NCBI GenBank assembly: GCA_964016885.1
Contig: OZ024757.1
Location: 35,774,001 to 35,838,000 of the forward strand
Direction: 5' to 3'
From: Eledone cirrhosa
Taxonomy: Eukaryota
Length of the DNA: 64,000 nt
The position numbers and the translations under genes were made by a program. Positions 27,901-40,731 of the stretch are shown here, in pieces (position 1 is the stretch's first letter; each line of letters begins with the position of its first letter). The notes beneath the pieces are model-generated. The model saw only the letters and a list, made by a program, of their open reading frames with translations, had not been told where the DNA came from and searched no databases.

Positions 27901-30900
27901 TGTCCATAACATTACATGACAGAATTATTAGCCACAGGGGCAGAGATGTCCATAACATTACATGACAGAATTATTAGCCACAGGGGCAGAGATGGCCATA
28001 ACATTACATGACAGAATTATTAGCCACAGGGGCAGAGATGTCCATAACATTACATGACAATTATTAGCCCCTAGGGCAGATATGTCCATAACATTACATG
28101 ACAGACTTTCATCTCGCGCTCTCTCGTTTCATCTCGCGCTCTCTCTCTTCCTCTCTCTCGTTTCATCTCACTCTCTCTGTCTCTCTCGTTTCATCTCGCA
28201 CTCTCTCTCTTCCTCTCTCTCCTTTTATCTTGCTCACTCTCTCTCTCGTTTCATCTCTGTCTTCCTCTCTCTCGTTATATCTCTCTCTTCCTCTCTCTTG
28301 TTTCATCTCTCTCTCTCGTTTCATCTCTATCTCCCTCGTTTCATCTGTCTCTCTCTCTGTCATTTCATCTCCCTCTATCTCTCTCTCGCTCTCTCGTTTC
28401 ATCTCTCTCTCCCTCTCGTTTCATCTCGCTCTCTCTCTCCTGTTTCATCTCGCTCTCTCTCTCCTGTTTCATCTCGCTCTCTACTCTCGTTTCCTCTCTC
28501 TCGTATCCTCTCTCTCGTTTCCTCTCTCTCTCGTTTCCTCTAGCTCTCACTCTCTCGTTTCATCTCGCTCTCTCTCTCTCATTTCATCTCGCTCTCTCTG
28601 TCTCGTTTCATTTCGCTCTCTCTCTCATTTCATCTCGCTCTCTCTGTCTCGTTTCATCCCGCTCTCTCTGTCTCGTTTCATCTCGCTCTCTCTCTCTCAT
28701 TTCATCTCGCTCCCTCTCTCTCATTTCATCTCGCTCTCTCTCTCTGGTTTCATCTCGCTCTCACTCTCTCATTTCATCTCGCTCTCTCTCTCTCTCGTTT
28801 CATCTCGCTCTCACTCTCTCTTCCTCTCTCTCTCTTGTTTCAACACTCTAATCCCTCACTTGTTTCATCTCTCTCTTATCCCTCACTTGTTTCATCTCTC
28901 TCAGAATTATTAGCCACAGGGGCAGAGATGTCCATAACATTACATGACATAATTATTAGCCACAGGGGCAGAGATGTCCATAACATTACATGACAGGATT
29001 ATTAGCCACACCGGCAGATATGTCCATAACATTACATGACAATTATTAGCCCCAAGGGCAGATATGTCCATAACATTACATGACAGACTTTCATCTCGCG
29101 CTCTCTCTCTCTCGTTTCATCTCGCGCTCTCTCTCTCTCGTTTCATCTCGCGCTCTCTCTCTTCTTCACTCTCGTTTCATCTCGCTCTCTCTCTCTCTCT
29201 CGTTTCATCTCGCGCTCTCTCTCTTCTTCTCTCTCGTTTCATCTCGCTCTCTCTCTCTCTCGTGTCATCTTTGTCTTCCTCTCTCTCGTTCCATCTCTCT
29301 CTTCCTCTCTCTCTCGTTCCATCTCTCTCTCGTTTCATCTAGCTCTCACTCTCTCGTTTCATCTTGCTCTCTCTGTCTCGTTTCATCTCGCTCTCACTCT
29401 CTCGTTTCACCTCTATCTCCCTCGTTTCATCTCTCTCTCTCTCTGTCGTTTCATCTCCCTCTATCTCTCTCTCGCTCTCTCGTTTCATCTCTACCTCCCT
29501 CTCGTTTCATCTCGCTCTCTCACTCCTGTTTCATCTCGCTCACTCTCTCCTGTTTCATCTCGCTCTCTACTCTCGTTCCATCTCTCTCTCGTTTCATCTA
29601 GCTCTCACTCTCTCGTTCCATCTCGCTCTCTCTGTCTCGTTCCATCTCGCTCTCACTCTCTCGTTTCATCTCGCTCTCTCTGTCTCTCATTTCATCTCGA
29701 TCTCTCTGTCTCTCATTTCATCTCGATCTCTCTGTCTCGTTTCATCCCGCTCTCTCTCTCGTTTCATCTCGCTCTCTCTCTCTCATTTCATCTCGCTCTC
29801 TCTCTCTCATTTCATCTCGCTCTCTCTCTCTCTCGTTTCATCTCACTCTCACTCTCTCATTTCAACTCGCTCTCTCTCTCTCGTTTCATCTCGCTCTCTC
29901 TCTCTCTCGTTTCATCTCGCGCTCTCTCTTCTTCTCTCTCGTTTCATCTCGCTCTCTCTCTCTCTCGTGTCATATTTGTCTTCCTCTCTCTCGTTCCATC
30001 TCTCTCTTCCTCTCTCTCTCGTTCCATCTCTCTCTCGTTTCATCTAGCTCTCACTCTCTCGTTTCATCTTGCTCTCTCTGTCTCGTTTCATCTCGCTCTC
30101 ACTCTCTCGTTTCACCTCTATCTCCCTCGTTTCATCTCTCTCTCTCTCTGTCGTTTCATCTCCCTCTATCTCTCTCTCGCTCTCTCGTTTCATCTCTACC
30201 TCCCTCTCGTTTCATCTCGCTCTCTCATTCCTGTTTCATCTCGCTCACTCTCTCCTGTTTCATCTCGCTCTCTACTCTCGTTCCATCTCTCTCTCGTTTC
30301 ATCTAGCTCTCACTCTCTCGTTCCATCTCGCTCTCTCTGTCTCGTTCCATCTCGCTCTCACTCTCTCGTTTCATCTCGCTCTCTCTGTCTCTCATTTCAT
30401 CTCGATCTCTCTGTCTCTCATTTCATCTCGATCTCTCTGTCTCGTTTCATCCCGCTCTCTCTCTCGTTTCATCTCGCTCTCTCTCTCTCATTTCATCTCG
30501 CTCTCTCTCTCTCATTTCATCTCGCTCTCTCTCTCTCTCGTTTCATCTCACTCTCACTCTCTCATTTCAACTCGCTCTCTCTCTCTCGTTTCATCTCGCG
30601 CTCTCTCTCTTCCTCTCTCTCGTTTCATCTCGCTCTCTCTCTCTCTCTCGTTTCATCACGCGCTCTCTCTCTTCCTCTCTCTCTCTCTCTCGTTTCATCT
30701 CTGTCTTCCTCTCTCTCGTTCCATCTCTCTCTTCCTCTCTCTCGTTCCATCTCTCTCTTCCTCTCTCTCGTTTCATCTCTCTCTCTCGTTTCATCTCTAT
30801 CTCCCTCGTTTCATCTGTCTCTCTCTGTCGTTTCATATCCCTCTATCTCTCTCTCGCTCTCTCGTTTCATCTCTCTCTCCCTCTCGTTTCATTTCGCTCT

Positions 30901-33900
30901 CTCTGTCCTGTTTCATCTCGCTCTCTCTCTCTCCTGTTTCATCTTGCTCTCTACTCTCGTTTCCTCTCTCTCGTTTCCTCTCTCTCGTTTCCTCTCTCTC
31001 TCGTTTCCTCTCTCTCTCGTTTCATCTCGCTCTCACTCTCTCGTTTCATCTCGCTCTCTCTCTCTTATTTCATCTCGCTCTCTCTCTCTCGTTTCATCTC
31101 GCTCTCTCTGTCTCGTTTCATCTCGCTCACTCTCTCTCTCATTTCATCTCGCTCTGTCTGTCTCGTTTCATCCCGCTCTCTCTCTCTCCTGTTTCATCTT
31201 GCTCTCTACTCTCGTTTCCTCTCTCTCGTTTCCTCTCTCTCGTTTCCTCTCTCTCTCGTTTCCTCTCTCTCTCGTTTCATCTCGCTCTCACTCTCTCGTT
31301 TCATCTCGCTCTCTCTCTCTCATTTCATCTCGCTCTCTCTCTCTCATTTCATCTCGCTCTCTCTCTCTCTCGTTTGATCTCGCTCTCACTCTCTCTTCCT
31401 CTCTCTCTCTTGTTTCAACACTCTAATCCCTCACTTGTTTCATCTCTCTCTTATCCCTCACTTGTTTCATCTCTCTCAGAAATATTAGCCACAGGGGCAG
31501 AGATGTCCATAACATTACATGACATAATTATTAGCCACAGGGGCAGAGATGTCCATAACATTACATGACAGGATTATTAGCCACAGGGGCAGATATGTCC
31601 ATAACATTACATGACAGACTTTCATCTCGCGCTCTCTCTCTCTCGTTTCATCTTGCGCTCTCTCTCTTCCTCTCGTTTCATCTCGCTCTCTCTCTCTCTC
31701 GTTTCATCTCGCGCTCTCTCTCTTCTTCTCTCTCGTTTCATCTCGCTCTCTCTCTCTCTCTCTCTCGTTTCATCTCGCGCTCTCTCTCTTCCTCTCTCTC
31801 GGTCCATCTCTCTCTTCCTCTCTCTCTCGTTCCATCTCTCTCTCGTTTCATCTAGCTCTCACTCTCTCGTTTCATCTTGCTCTCTCTGTCTCGTTTCATC
31901 TCGCTCTCACTCTCTCGTTTCATCTCTATCTCCCTCGTTTCATCTCTCTCTCTCTCTGTCGTTTCATCTCCCTCCATCTCTCCCTCGCTCTCTCGTTTCA
32001 TCTCTACCTCCCTCTCGTTTCATATCGCTCTCTCACTCCTGTTTCATCTCGCTCTCTCTCTCCTGTTTCATCTCGCTCTCTACTCTCGTTCCATCTCTCT
32101 CTCGTTTCATCTAGCTCTCACTCTCTCGTTTCATCTCGCTCTCTCTGTCTCGTTCCATCTCGCTCTCACTCTTTCGTTTCATCTCGCTCTCTCTATCTCT
32201 CATTTCATCTCGCTCTCTCTCTCTCATTTCATCTCGCTCTCTCTCTCTCTCTCTCTCGTTTCATCTCACTCTCACTCTCTCATTTCAACTCGCTCTCTCT
32301 CTCTCGTTTCATCTCTCGCTCTCTCTCTTCCTCTCTCTCGTTTCATCTCGCTCTCTCTCTCTCTCTCTCTCTCGTTTCATCACGCGCTCTCTCTCTTCCT
32401 CTCTCTCGTTTCATCTCTCTCTCTCTCTCCCTCGTTTCATCTCTGTCCTCCTCTCTCTCGTTCCATCTCTCTCTTCCTCTCTCTCGTTCCATCTCTCTCT
32501 TCCTCTCTCTCGTTTCATCTCTCTCTCTCGTTTCATCTCTATCTCCCTCGTTTCATCTGTCTCTCTCTCTGTCGTTTCATCTCCCTCTATCTCTCTCTCG
32601 CTCTCTCATTTCATCTCTCTCTCCCTCTCGTTTCATCTCGCTCTCTCTCTGTCCTGTTTCATCTCGCTCTCTCTCTCTCCTGTTTCATCTCGCTCTCTAC
32701 TCTCGTTTCCTCTCTCTCGTTTCCTCTCTCTCGTTTCCTCTCTCTCGTTTCCTCTCTCTCTCGTTTCATCTAGCTCTCACTCTCTCGTTTCATCTCGCTC
32801 TCTCTCTCTCATTTCATCTCGCTCTCTCTCTCTCGTTTCATCTCGCTCTCTCTGTCTCGTTTCATCTCGCTCTCTCTCTCTCTCTCATTTCATCTCGCTC
32901 TCTCTGTCTCGTTTCATCCCGCTCTCTCTGTCTCGTTTCATCTCGCTCTCTCTCTCTCATTTCATCTCGCTCTCTCTCTCTCATTTCATCTCGCTCTCTC
33001 TCTCTCGTTTCATCTCGCTCTCACTCTCTCATTTCATCTCGCTCTCTCTCTCTCGTTTGATCTCGCTCTCACTCTCTCTTCCTCTCTCTCTCTCTTGTTT
33101 CAACACTTTAATCCCTCACTTGTTTCATCTCTCTCTAATCCCTCACTTGTTTCATCTCTCTTAGAATTATTAGCCACAGGGGCAGAGATGTCCATAACAT
33201 TACATGACAGATTTATTAGCCACAGGGGCAGAGATGTCCATAACATTACATGACGAATTTATTAGCCACAGGGGCAGAGATGTCCATAACATTACATGAC
33301 AGAATTATTAGCCACAGGGGCAGAGATGTCCATAACATTACATGACAGAATTATTAGCCACAGGGGCAGAGATGGCCATAACATTATATGACAGAATTAT
33401 TAGCCACAGGGGCAGAGATGTCCATAACATTACATGACAATTATTAGCCCCTAGGGCAGATATGTCCATAACATTACATGACAGACTTTCATCCCGCGCT
33501 CTCTCTCGTTTCATCTCGCGCTCTCTCTCTTCCTCTCTCTCGTTTCATCTCACTCTCTCTCTCTCTCGTTTCATCTCGCACTCTCTCTCTTCCTCTCTCT
33601 CGTTTCATCTTGCTCTCTCTCTCTCTCGTTTCATCTCTATGTCCCTCGTTTCATCTGTCTCTCTCTCTGTCGTTTCATCTCCCTCTATCTCTCTCTCGCT
33701 CTCTCGTTTCATCTCTCTCTCCCTCTCGTTTCATCTCGCTCTCTCTCTCTCCTGTTTCATCTCGCTCTCTCTCTCCTGTTTCATCTCGCTCTCTACTCTC
33801 GTTTCCTCTCTCTCGTTTCCTCTCTCTCTCGTTTCCTTTCTCTCTCGTTTCATCTAGCTCTCAATCTCTCGTTTCATCTCGCCCTCTCTGTCTCGTTCCA

Positions 33901-35524
33901 TCTCGCTCTCACTCTCTCCTTTCATCTCGCTCTCTCTCTCTCTCTCATTTCATCTCGCTCTCTCTCTCTCATTTTATCTCGCTCTCTCTCTCTCGTTTCA
34001 TCTCGTTGTCTCTGTCTCGTTTCATCTCGCTCTCGCTCTCTCTGTCTCGTTTCATCCCGCTCTCTCTGTCTCGTTTCATCTCGCTCTCTCTCTCTCATTT
34101 CATCTCGCTCTCTCTCTCTCGCTTGATCTCGCTCTCACTCTCTCTTCCTCTCTCTTGTTTCAACACTCTAATCCCTCACTTGTTTCATCTCTCTCTAATC
34201 CCTCACTTGTTTCATTTCTCTCAGAATTATTAGCCACAGGGGCAGAGATGTCCATAACATTACATAACAGATTTATTAGCCACAGGGGCAGAGATGTCCA
34301 TAACATTACATGACAGATTTATTAGCCACAGGGGCAGATATGTCCATAACATTACATGTCAGAATTATTAGCCACAGGGGCAGAGATGTCCATAACATTA
34401 CATGACAGAATTATTAGCCACAGGGGCAGAGATGTCCATAACATTACATGACAGAATTATTAGCCACAGGGGCAGAGATGTCCATAACATTACATGACGA
34501 TTATTAGCCCCAGGGGCAGATATGTCCATGACAGAGTTTCATCTCGCGCTCTCTCTCTTCCTCTCGCTCATTTCATCTCGATCTCTCTGTCTCGTTTCAT
34601 CCCGCTCTCTCTGTCTCGTTTCATCTCGCTCTCTCTCTCTCTCATTTCATCTCTCTCGCGCTCTAACTCTTCCTCTCTCTCGTTTCATCTCACGCTCTCT
34701 CTCTTCCTCTCTCTCGTTTCATCTCTCTCTCTCTCTCTCGTTTCATCTCTGTCTTCCTCTCTCCCGTTCCATCACTCTCTTCCCCTCTCTCGTTCCATCT
34801 CTCTCTTCCTCTCTCTCGTTTCATCTCTCTCTCTCTCGTTTCATCTCTATCTCCCTCGTTTCATCTGTCTCTCTCTCTGTCATTTCATCTCCCTCTATCT
34901 CTCTCTCGCTCTCTCGTTTTATCTCTCTCTCCCTCTCGTTTCATCTCGCTCTCTCTCTCCTGTTTCATCTCGCTCTCTCTCTCTCCTGTTTCATCTCGCT
35001 CTCTACTCTCGTTTCCTCTCTCTCGTTTCCTCTCTCTCGTTTCCTCTCTCTCTCGTTTCCTCTCTCTCTCGTTTCATCTAGCTCTCACACTCTCGTTTCA
35101 TCTCGCTCTCTCTGTCTCGTTTCATCCCGCTCTCTCTGTCTCGTTTCATCTCGCTCTCTCTCTCTCATTTCATCTCGCTCTCTCTCTCTCATTTCATCTC
35201 GCTCTCTCTCTCTCGTTTCATCTCGCTCTCACTCTCTCATTTCATCTCGCTCTCACTCTCTCTTCCTCTCTCTCTCTTGTTTCAACACTCTAATCCCTCA
35301 CTTGTTTCATCTCTCTCTAATCCCTCACTTGTTTCATCTCTCTCAGAATTATTAGCCACAGGGGCAGAGATGTCCATAACGTTACATGTCAGATTTATTA
35401 GCCACAGGGGCAGAGATGTCCATAACATTACGTCAGAATTATTAGCCACAGGGGCAGAGATGTCCATAACATTACATAACAATTATTAGCCCCAAGGGCA
35501 GATATGTCCATAACATTACATGAC
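24814..35524 (+). repeat. Composite satellite block 3 (forward orientation)
   Basis: 46-bp arrays at 24814-25179, 25979-26296, 27691-28102, 28903-29084, 31478-31615, 33163-33482, 34223-34532 and 35345-35524, separated by CT-rich blocks that end in the CTAATCCCTCACTTGTTTCATCTCTCTC cap. Confidence 0.97.
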
Positions 35525-36283
35525 AGACTTTCATCTCGCGCTCTCTCTCTCTCGTTTCATCTCGCGCTCTCTCTTTTCCACTCTCTCGTTTCATCTCGCT
35601 CTCTCTCTCTCTCGTTTCATCTCGCGCTCTCTCTCTTCCTCTCTCTCGTTTCATCTCGCTCTCTCTCTCTCTCGTTTCATCTCTGTCTTCCTCTCTCTAG
35701 TTCCATCTCTCTCTTCCTCCCTCTCGTTCCATCTCTCTCTTCCTCTCTCTCGTTTCATCTCGCTCTCACTCTCTCGTTTCATCTCGCTCTCTCTCTCTCA
35801 TTTCATCTCGCTCTCTCTCTCTCGTTTCATCTCGCTCTCTACTCTCGTTTCTGCTCTCTCGTTTCCTTCCTCTCTCGTTTCCTCTCTCTCTCGTTTCCTC
35901 TCTCTCGTTTCATCTCACTCTCTATCTCTCATTTCATCTCGCTCTCTCTCGTTTCATCTCCCTCTCTCTCTCTCTCGTTTCATCTCCCTCTCTCTCTCTC
36001 GTTTCATTTCCCTCTCCCTCTCTCTCCTTCTCCCTCTCTCTCCGTCTCTCTCTCTCTCCTTCTCCCTCTCTCTCCGTCTCTCTCTCTCCTTCTCCCTCTC
36101 TCTCCGTCTCTCTCTCTCGTTTCATTTCTCCCTCTGCCTCTCTCTTTCTCTCCCTCTCTCGTTTCATTTCTCTCTTTCTCTCCCTCTCTCGTTTCATTTC
36201 TCTCTCTCCCTCTCTCTCGTTTCATTTCTCCCTCTCCCTCTCTCTCTATCTCTCTCGTTTCATCTCTCTATCTCTCTCGTTTC

Positions 36284-36314
<31 letters not shown>

Positions 36315-39300
36315 GTTTCATCTCTCTCTCCCTCTCTCTCGTTTCATCTCTCTCTCTCCCTCTCGTTTCATCTCGCTCTCTCTCTCCTGTTTCATCTCGC
36401 TCTCTACTCTCGTTTCCGCTCTCTCGTTTCCTCTCTCTCTCGTTTCCTCTCTCGTTTCCTCGCTCTCTCGTTTCCTCTCTCTCGTTTCATCTCACTCTCT
36501 ATCTCTCATTTCATCTCGCTCTCTCTGTCTCGTTTCATCTCGCTCTCTCTCTCTCGTTTCATCTCGCTCTCTCTCTCTCGTTTCATCTCCCTCTCTCTCT
36601 CTCTCGTTTCATCTCCCTCTCTCTCTCTCGTCTCATTTCCCTCTCCCTCTCTCTCCTACTCCCTCTCTCTCCGTCTCTCTCTCTCCTTCTCCCTCTCCGT
36701 CTCTCTCTCTCGTTTCATTTCTCCCTCTGCCTCTCTCTTTCTCTCCCTCTCTCGTTTCAGTTCTCTCTTTCTCTCCCTCTCTCGTTTCATTTCTCTCTCT
36801 CCCTCTCTCTCGTTTCATTTCTCCCTCTCTCTCTATCTCTCTCGTTTCATCTCTCTCCCTCTCTCTCTCTCTCTCGTTTCATCTCTCTCTCCCTCTCTCT
36901 CGTTTCATCTCTCTCTCTCGTTTCATCTCTCTCTCCCTCTCTCTCGTTTCATTTATCTCTCTCTCTCTCTCTCGTTTCATCTCTCTCTCTCTTTCTCTCT
37001 CGTTTCATTTCTCTCTCTCCCTCTCTCTCGTTTCATTTCTCTCTCGTTTCATTTCTCTCTCTCTCCCTCTCTCCCTCTCTCTCGTTTCATTTCTCTCTCT
37101 CTCTCGTTTCATTTCTCTCTCTCCCTCTCCCTCCCCCCTCTCTCTCCCTCCCCCTCCCTCGCCCATCTCTCTCCCTCCCTCCCCCATCTCTCTCTCCCTC
37201 CCTCCCCCATCTCTCTCCCCCTCTCCCTCCCTCTCCCCCTCTCTCTCCCTTTCTTTCGTTTCATTTATCTCACCCTACCTCTCCCCCCCCTCCCTCTCTC
37301 GCCCTACCTCTCCCCCCCCTCCCTCTCTCACCTTCTCTTTCGCTCTCCCCCCTCTCTCACCTTCTCTTTCACTCTCCCCCTCTCTCTCGTTTCATTTCTC
37401 TCTCTCCCCCCTCTCCTTCCCCCCCTCTCTCTCCCCTCCCTCTCTCTCCCCTCTCTCTCTCCCTCTCTCTCGTTTCATTTCTCTCGTTTCATTTCTCTCT
37501 CAGCCTCCCTCTCTCCCCCTCTCTCTCTCTCTCTCTCTCGTTTCATTTCTCTCTCACCCTCTCTCTCCCCCTCTCTCTCCACCTCTCTCCCCCTCTCTCT
37601 CCACCTCTCTCTCTCCCTCTCCCCTTCTCTCTCCACCTCTCTCTCCCACTCCCCCTCTCTCCACCTCTCTCCACCTCTCTCTCTCCCTTCATTTCTCTCT
37701 CCCTCCCTCTCTCCCCCCACACCCTCCCTCTTCCCCCACTCCCTCTCTATCCCTCCCTCTCCCCCTCTCTTTCCCTCTCCCCCTATCTCTCTCCCTTTTT
37801 TCTCGTTTCATTTCTCTCTCGCTCTCTCTCGTTTCATTTCTCTCTCTCCCTTCATTTCTCTCCCTCTCTCCCTCCCTCTCCCCCTCTCTTCCCCCCTCTC
37901 TCTCTCCCCCCTCTCTCCCTCTCTCTCGTTTCATTTCTCTCTCTCCCTCTCTCTCGTTTCATTTCTCTCCCCCTCTCTCGTTTCATTTCTCTCCCCCTCT
38001 CTATCCCTCTCTCTCGTTGCATTTCTCGTTTCATTTTTCTCTCGTTTCATTTTTCTCTTTCATTTTTCTCTTTCATTTCTCTCTCGTTTCATTTTTCTAT
38101 TTCATTTTTCTCTTTCATTTTTCTCTTTCATTTTTCTCTTTCATTTTTCTCTTTCATTTCTCTCTCTCTCGTTTCATTTCTCTCTCTCTCGTTTCATTTC
38201 TCTCTCGTTTCATTTCTCTCTCGTTACATTTCTCTCTCTCTCCTTTCATCTCTCTCTCTCCTTTCATCTCTCTCTCTTCTTTCATCTCTCTCTCTCTCTC
38301 CTTTCATCTCTCTCTCTTCTTTCATCTCTCTCTCTCTACATTTCTCTCTCTCCCTCTCGTTACATTTCTCTCTCGTTTCATTTCTCTCCCTCTCTCTCGT
38401 TACATTTCTCTCTCTCTCCTTTCATCTCTCTCTCTCCTTTCATCTCTCTCTCTCTACATTTCTCTACATTTCTCTCTCTCTACATTTCTCTCTCTCCCTC
38501 TCGTTACATTTCTCTCTCGTTTCATTTCTCTCCCTCTCTCTCGTTTCATTTCTCTCCCTCTCTCTCGTTTCATTTCTCTCCCTCTCTCTCGTTTCATTTC
38601 TCTCCCTCTCTCTCGTTTCATTTCTCTCCCTCTCTCGTTTCATTTCACTCTCCCTCTCTCTCCCGCTCTCTCTCTCTCTCTCTCTCTCTACCTCTCTCTC
38701 TACCTCTCTCTCTCGTTTCATCTCTCTCTCGTTTCATTACTTTCCCTCCCTCTTTCTCGTTTCATTTCTCGCTCTCCCTCTTTCTCGTTTCATCTCTCTC
38801 TTCCTCTTTCTCGTTTCATCTCTCTCGTTTCATCTCTCTCTTCCTCTCTCTCGTTTCATCTCGCTCTCTACTCTCGTTTCCTGTCTGTCTCTCTCGTTTC
38901 ATCTCGCTCTCTACTCTCGTTTCCTGTCTGTCTCTCTCGTTTCCTCTCTCTCTCTCTCGTTTCCTCTCTCGTTTCCTCTCTCTCCCTCTCGTTTCATTTC
39001 TCTCTCTCCCTCTCGTTTCATTTCTCTCCCTCCCTCTCGTTTCATTTCTCTCCCTCCCTCTCGTTTCATTTCTCTCCCTCTCTCTCGTTCCATCTCTCCC
39101 TTCCTCTCTCTCTCGTTTCATCTCTCCCTCTCTCTCGCTTCATCTCTATCTCTCTCCTTTCATCTGTCTCTCTATCTTTCGTTTCATCTCTCTCTATCTC
39201 TCGCTCTCTCGTTTCATCTCTCTCTCTCCCTCTCGTTTCATCTCGTTCTCTCTCTCCTGTTTCATCTCGCTCTCTACTCTCGTTTCCGCTCTCTCGTTTC

Positions 39301-39671
39301 CTCTCTCTCTCGTTTCCTCTCTCTCTCGTTTCCTCTCTCTCTCGTTTCCTCTCTCGCTCGTTTAATCTCACTCTCTATCTCTCATTTCATCTCGCTCTCT
39401 CTCTCTCGTTTCATCTCGCTCTCTCTCTCTCGTTTCATCTCGCTCTCTCTCTCTCGTTTCATTTCCCTCTCCCTCTCTCTCCGTCTCTCTCTCTCCTTCT
39501 CCCTTTCTCTCCGTCTCTCTCTCTCGTTTCATTTCTCCCTCTCCCTCTCTCTCTTTCTCTCCCTCTCTCGTTTCATTTCTCTCTTTCTCTCCCTCTCTCG
39601 TTTCATTTCTCTCTCTCCCTCTCTCTCGTTTCATTTCTCCCTCTCCCTCTCTCTCTATCTCTCTCGTTTCA

Positions 39672-39705
<34 letters not shown>

Positions 39706-40700
39706 GTTTCATTTCTCTCTCCTTTCATCTCTGTCGTTTCATTTCTCTCTCCTTACATCTCTGTCGTTTCATTTCTCTCTCTCTCTCTCGTTTCATTTCT
39801 CTCTCTCCCTCTCTCTCCCTCTCTCTCGTTTCATTTCTCTCTCTCTCCCTCTCTCTCCCTCTCTCTCGTTTCATTTCTCTCTCTCCCTCCCCCTTCCTCT
39901 CCCTCTCCCTCCCCCCTCTCTCTCCCTCCCCCTCCCTCGCCCATCTCTCTCTCCCTCCCCCTCCCTCGCCCATCTCTCTCTCCCTCCCTCCCCCATCTCT
40001 CTCTCTCCCTCTCTCTCCCCCCTCTCTCGTTTCAATTCTCTCCCTCCCTCTCTCCCCCTCTCCCCCTCTCTCTCCCTTTCTCTCGTTTCATTTCTCTCAC
40101 CACTACCTCTCTCCCCCCTCCCTCCCCCTCTCCCCCCCTCCCTCCCTCTCTCACCCTTCTCTTTCGCTCTTCTCCCTCTCTCTCGTCTTCATTTCTCTCC
40201 TCTCCCTCTCGTTTCATTTCTCTCTCAGCCTTCCTCTCCCCCCCTCTCTCTCTCGTTTCATTTCTCTCTCTCTCTCTCGTTTCATTTCTCTCTCTCTCGT
40301 TTCATTTCTCGCTCCACCTCTCTCTCCCTCTCCCCCTCTCTCTCCACCTCTCTCCCCCTCTCTCTCTCTCCCTTCATTTCTCTCTCTCCCCCACGCCCTC
40401 CCTCTTCCCCCACTCCCTCTCTATCCCTCCCTCTCACCCTCTCTTTCCCTCTCCCCTATCTCTCTCCCTTTTTCTCGTTTCATTTCTCTCTCTCCTTCAT
40501 TTCTCTCCCTCCCTCCCTCTCCCTCTCTCCCTCCCCCTCCCCCTCTCTTTCCCTCTCCCCCTACCTCCCCCATCTCTCTCCCCCTCTCTCTCTCCCCCTC
40601 TCTCCATCTCCCCCCTCTCTCCCTCTCTCTCGTTTCATTTCTCTCTCTCCCTCTCTCTCGTTTCATTTCTCTCTCTCCCTCTCTCTCATTTCATTTCTCT

Positions 40701-40731
<31 letters not shown>

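Noticed and set aside
404-35524. CRISPR-like appearance of conserved repeats separated by variable blocks
   Set aside because: The 46-bp monomers are contiguous with no unique spacers, the intervening blocks are homologous low-complexity DNA, there are no cas genes and the context is eukaryotic.
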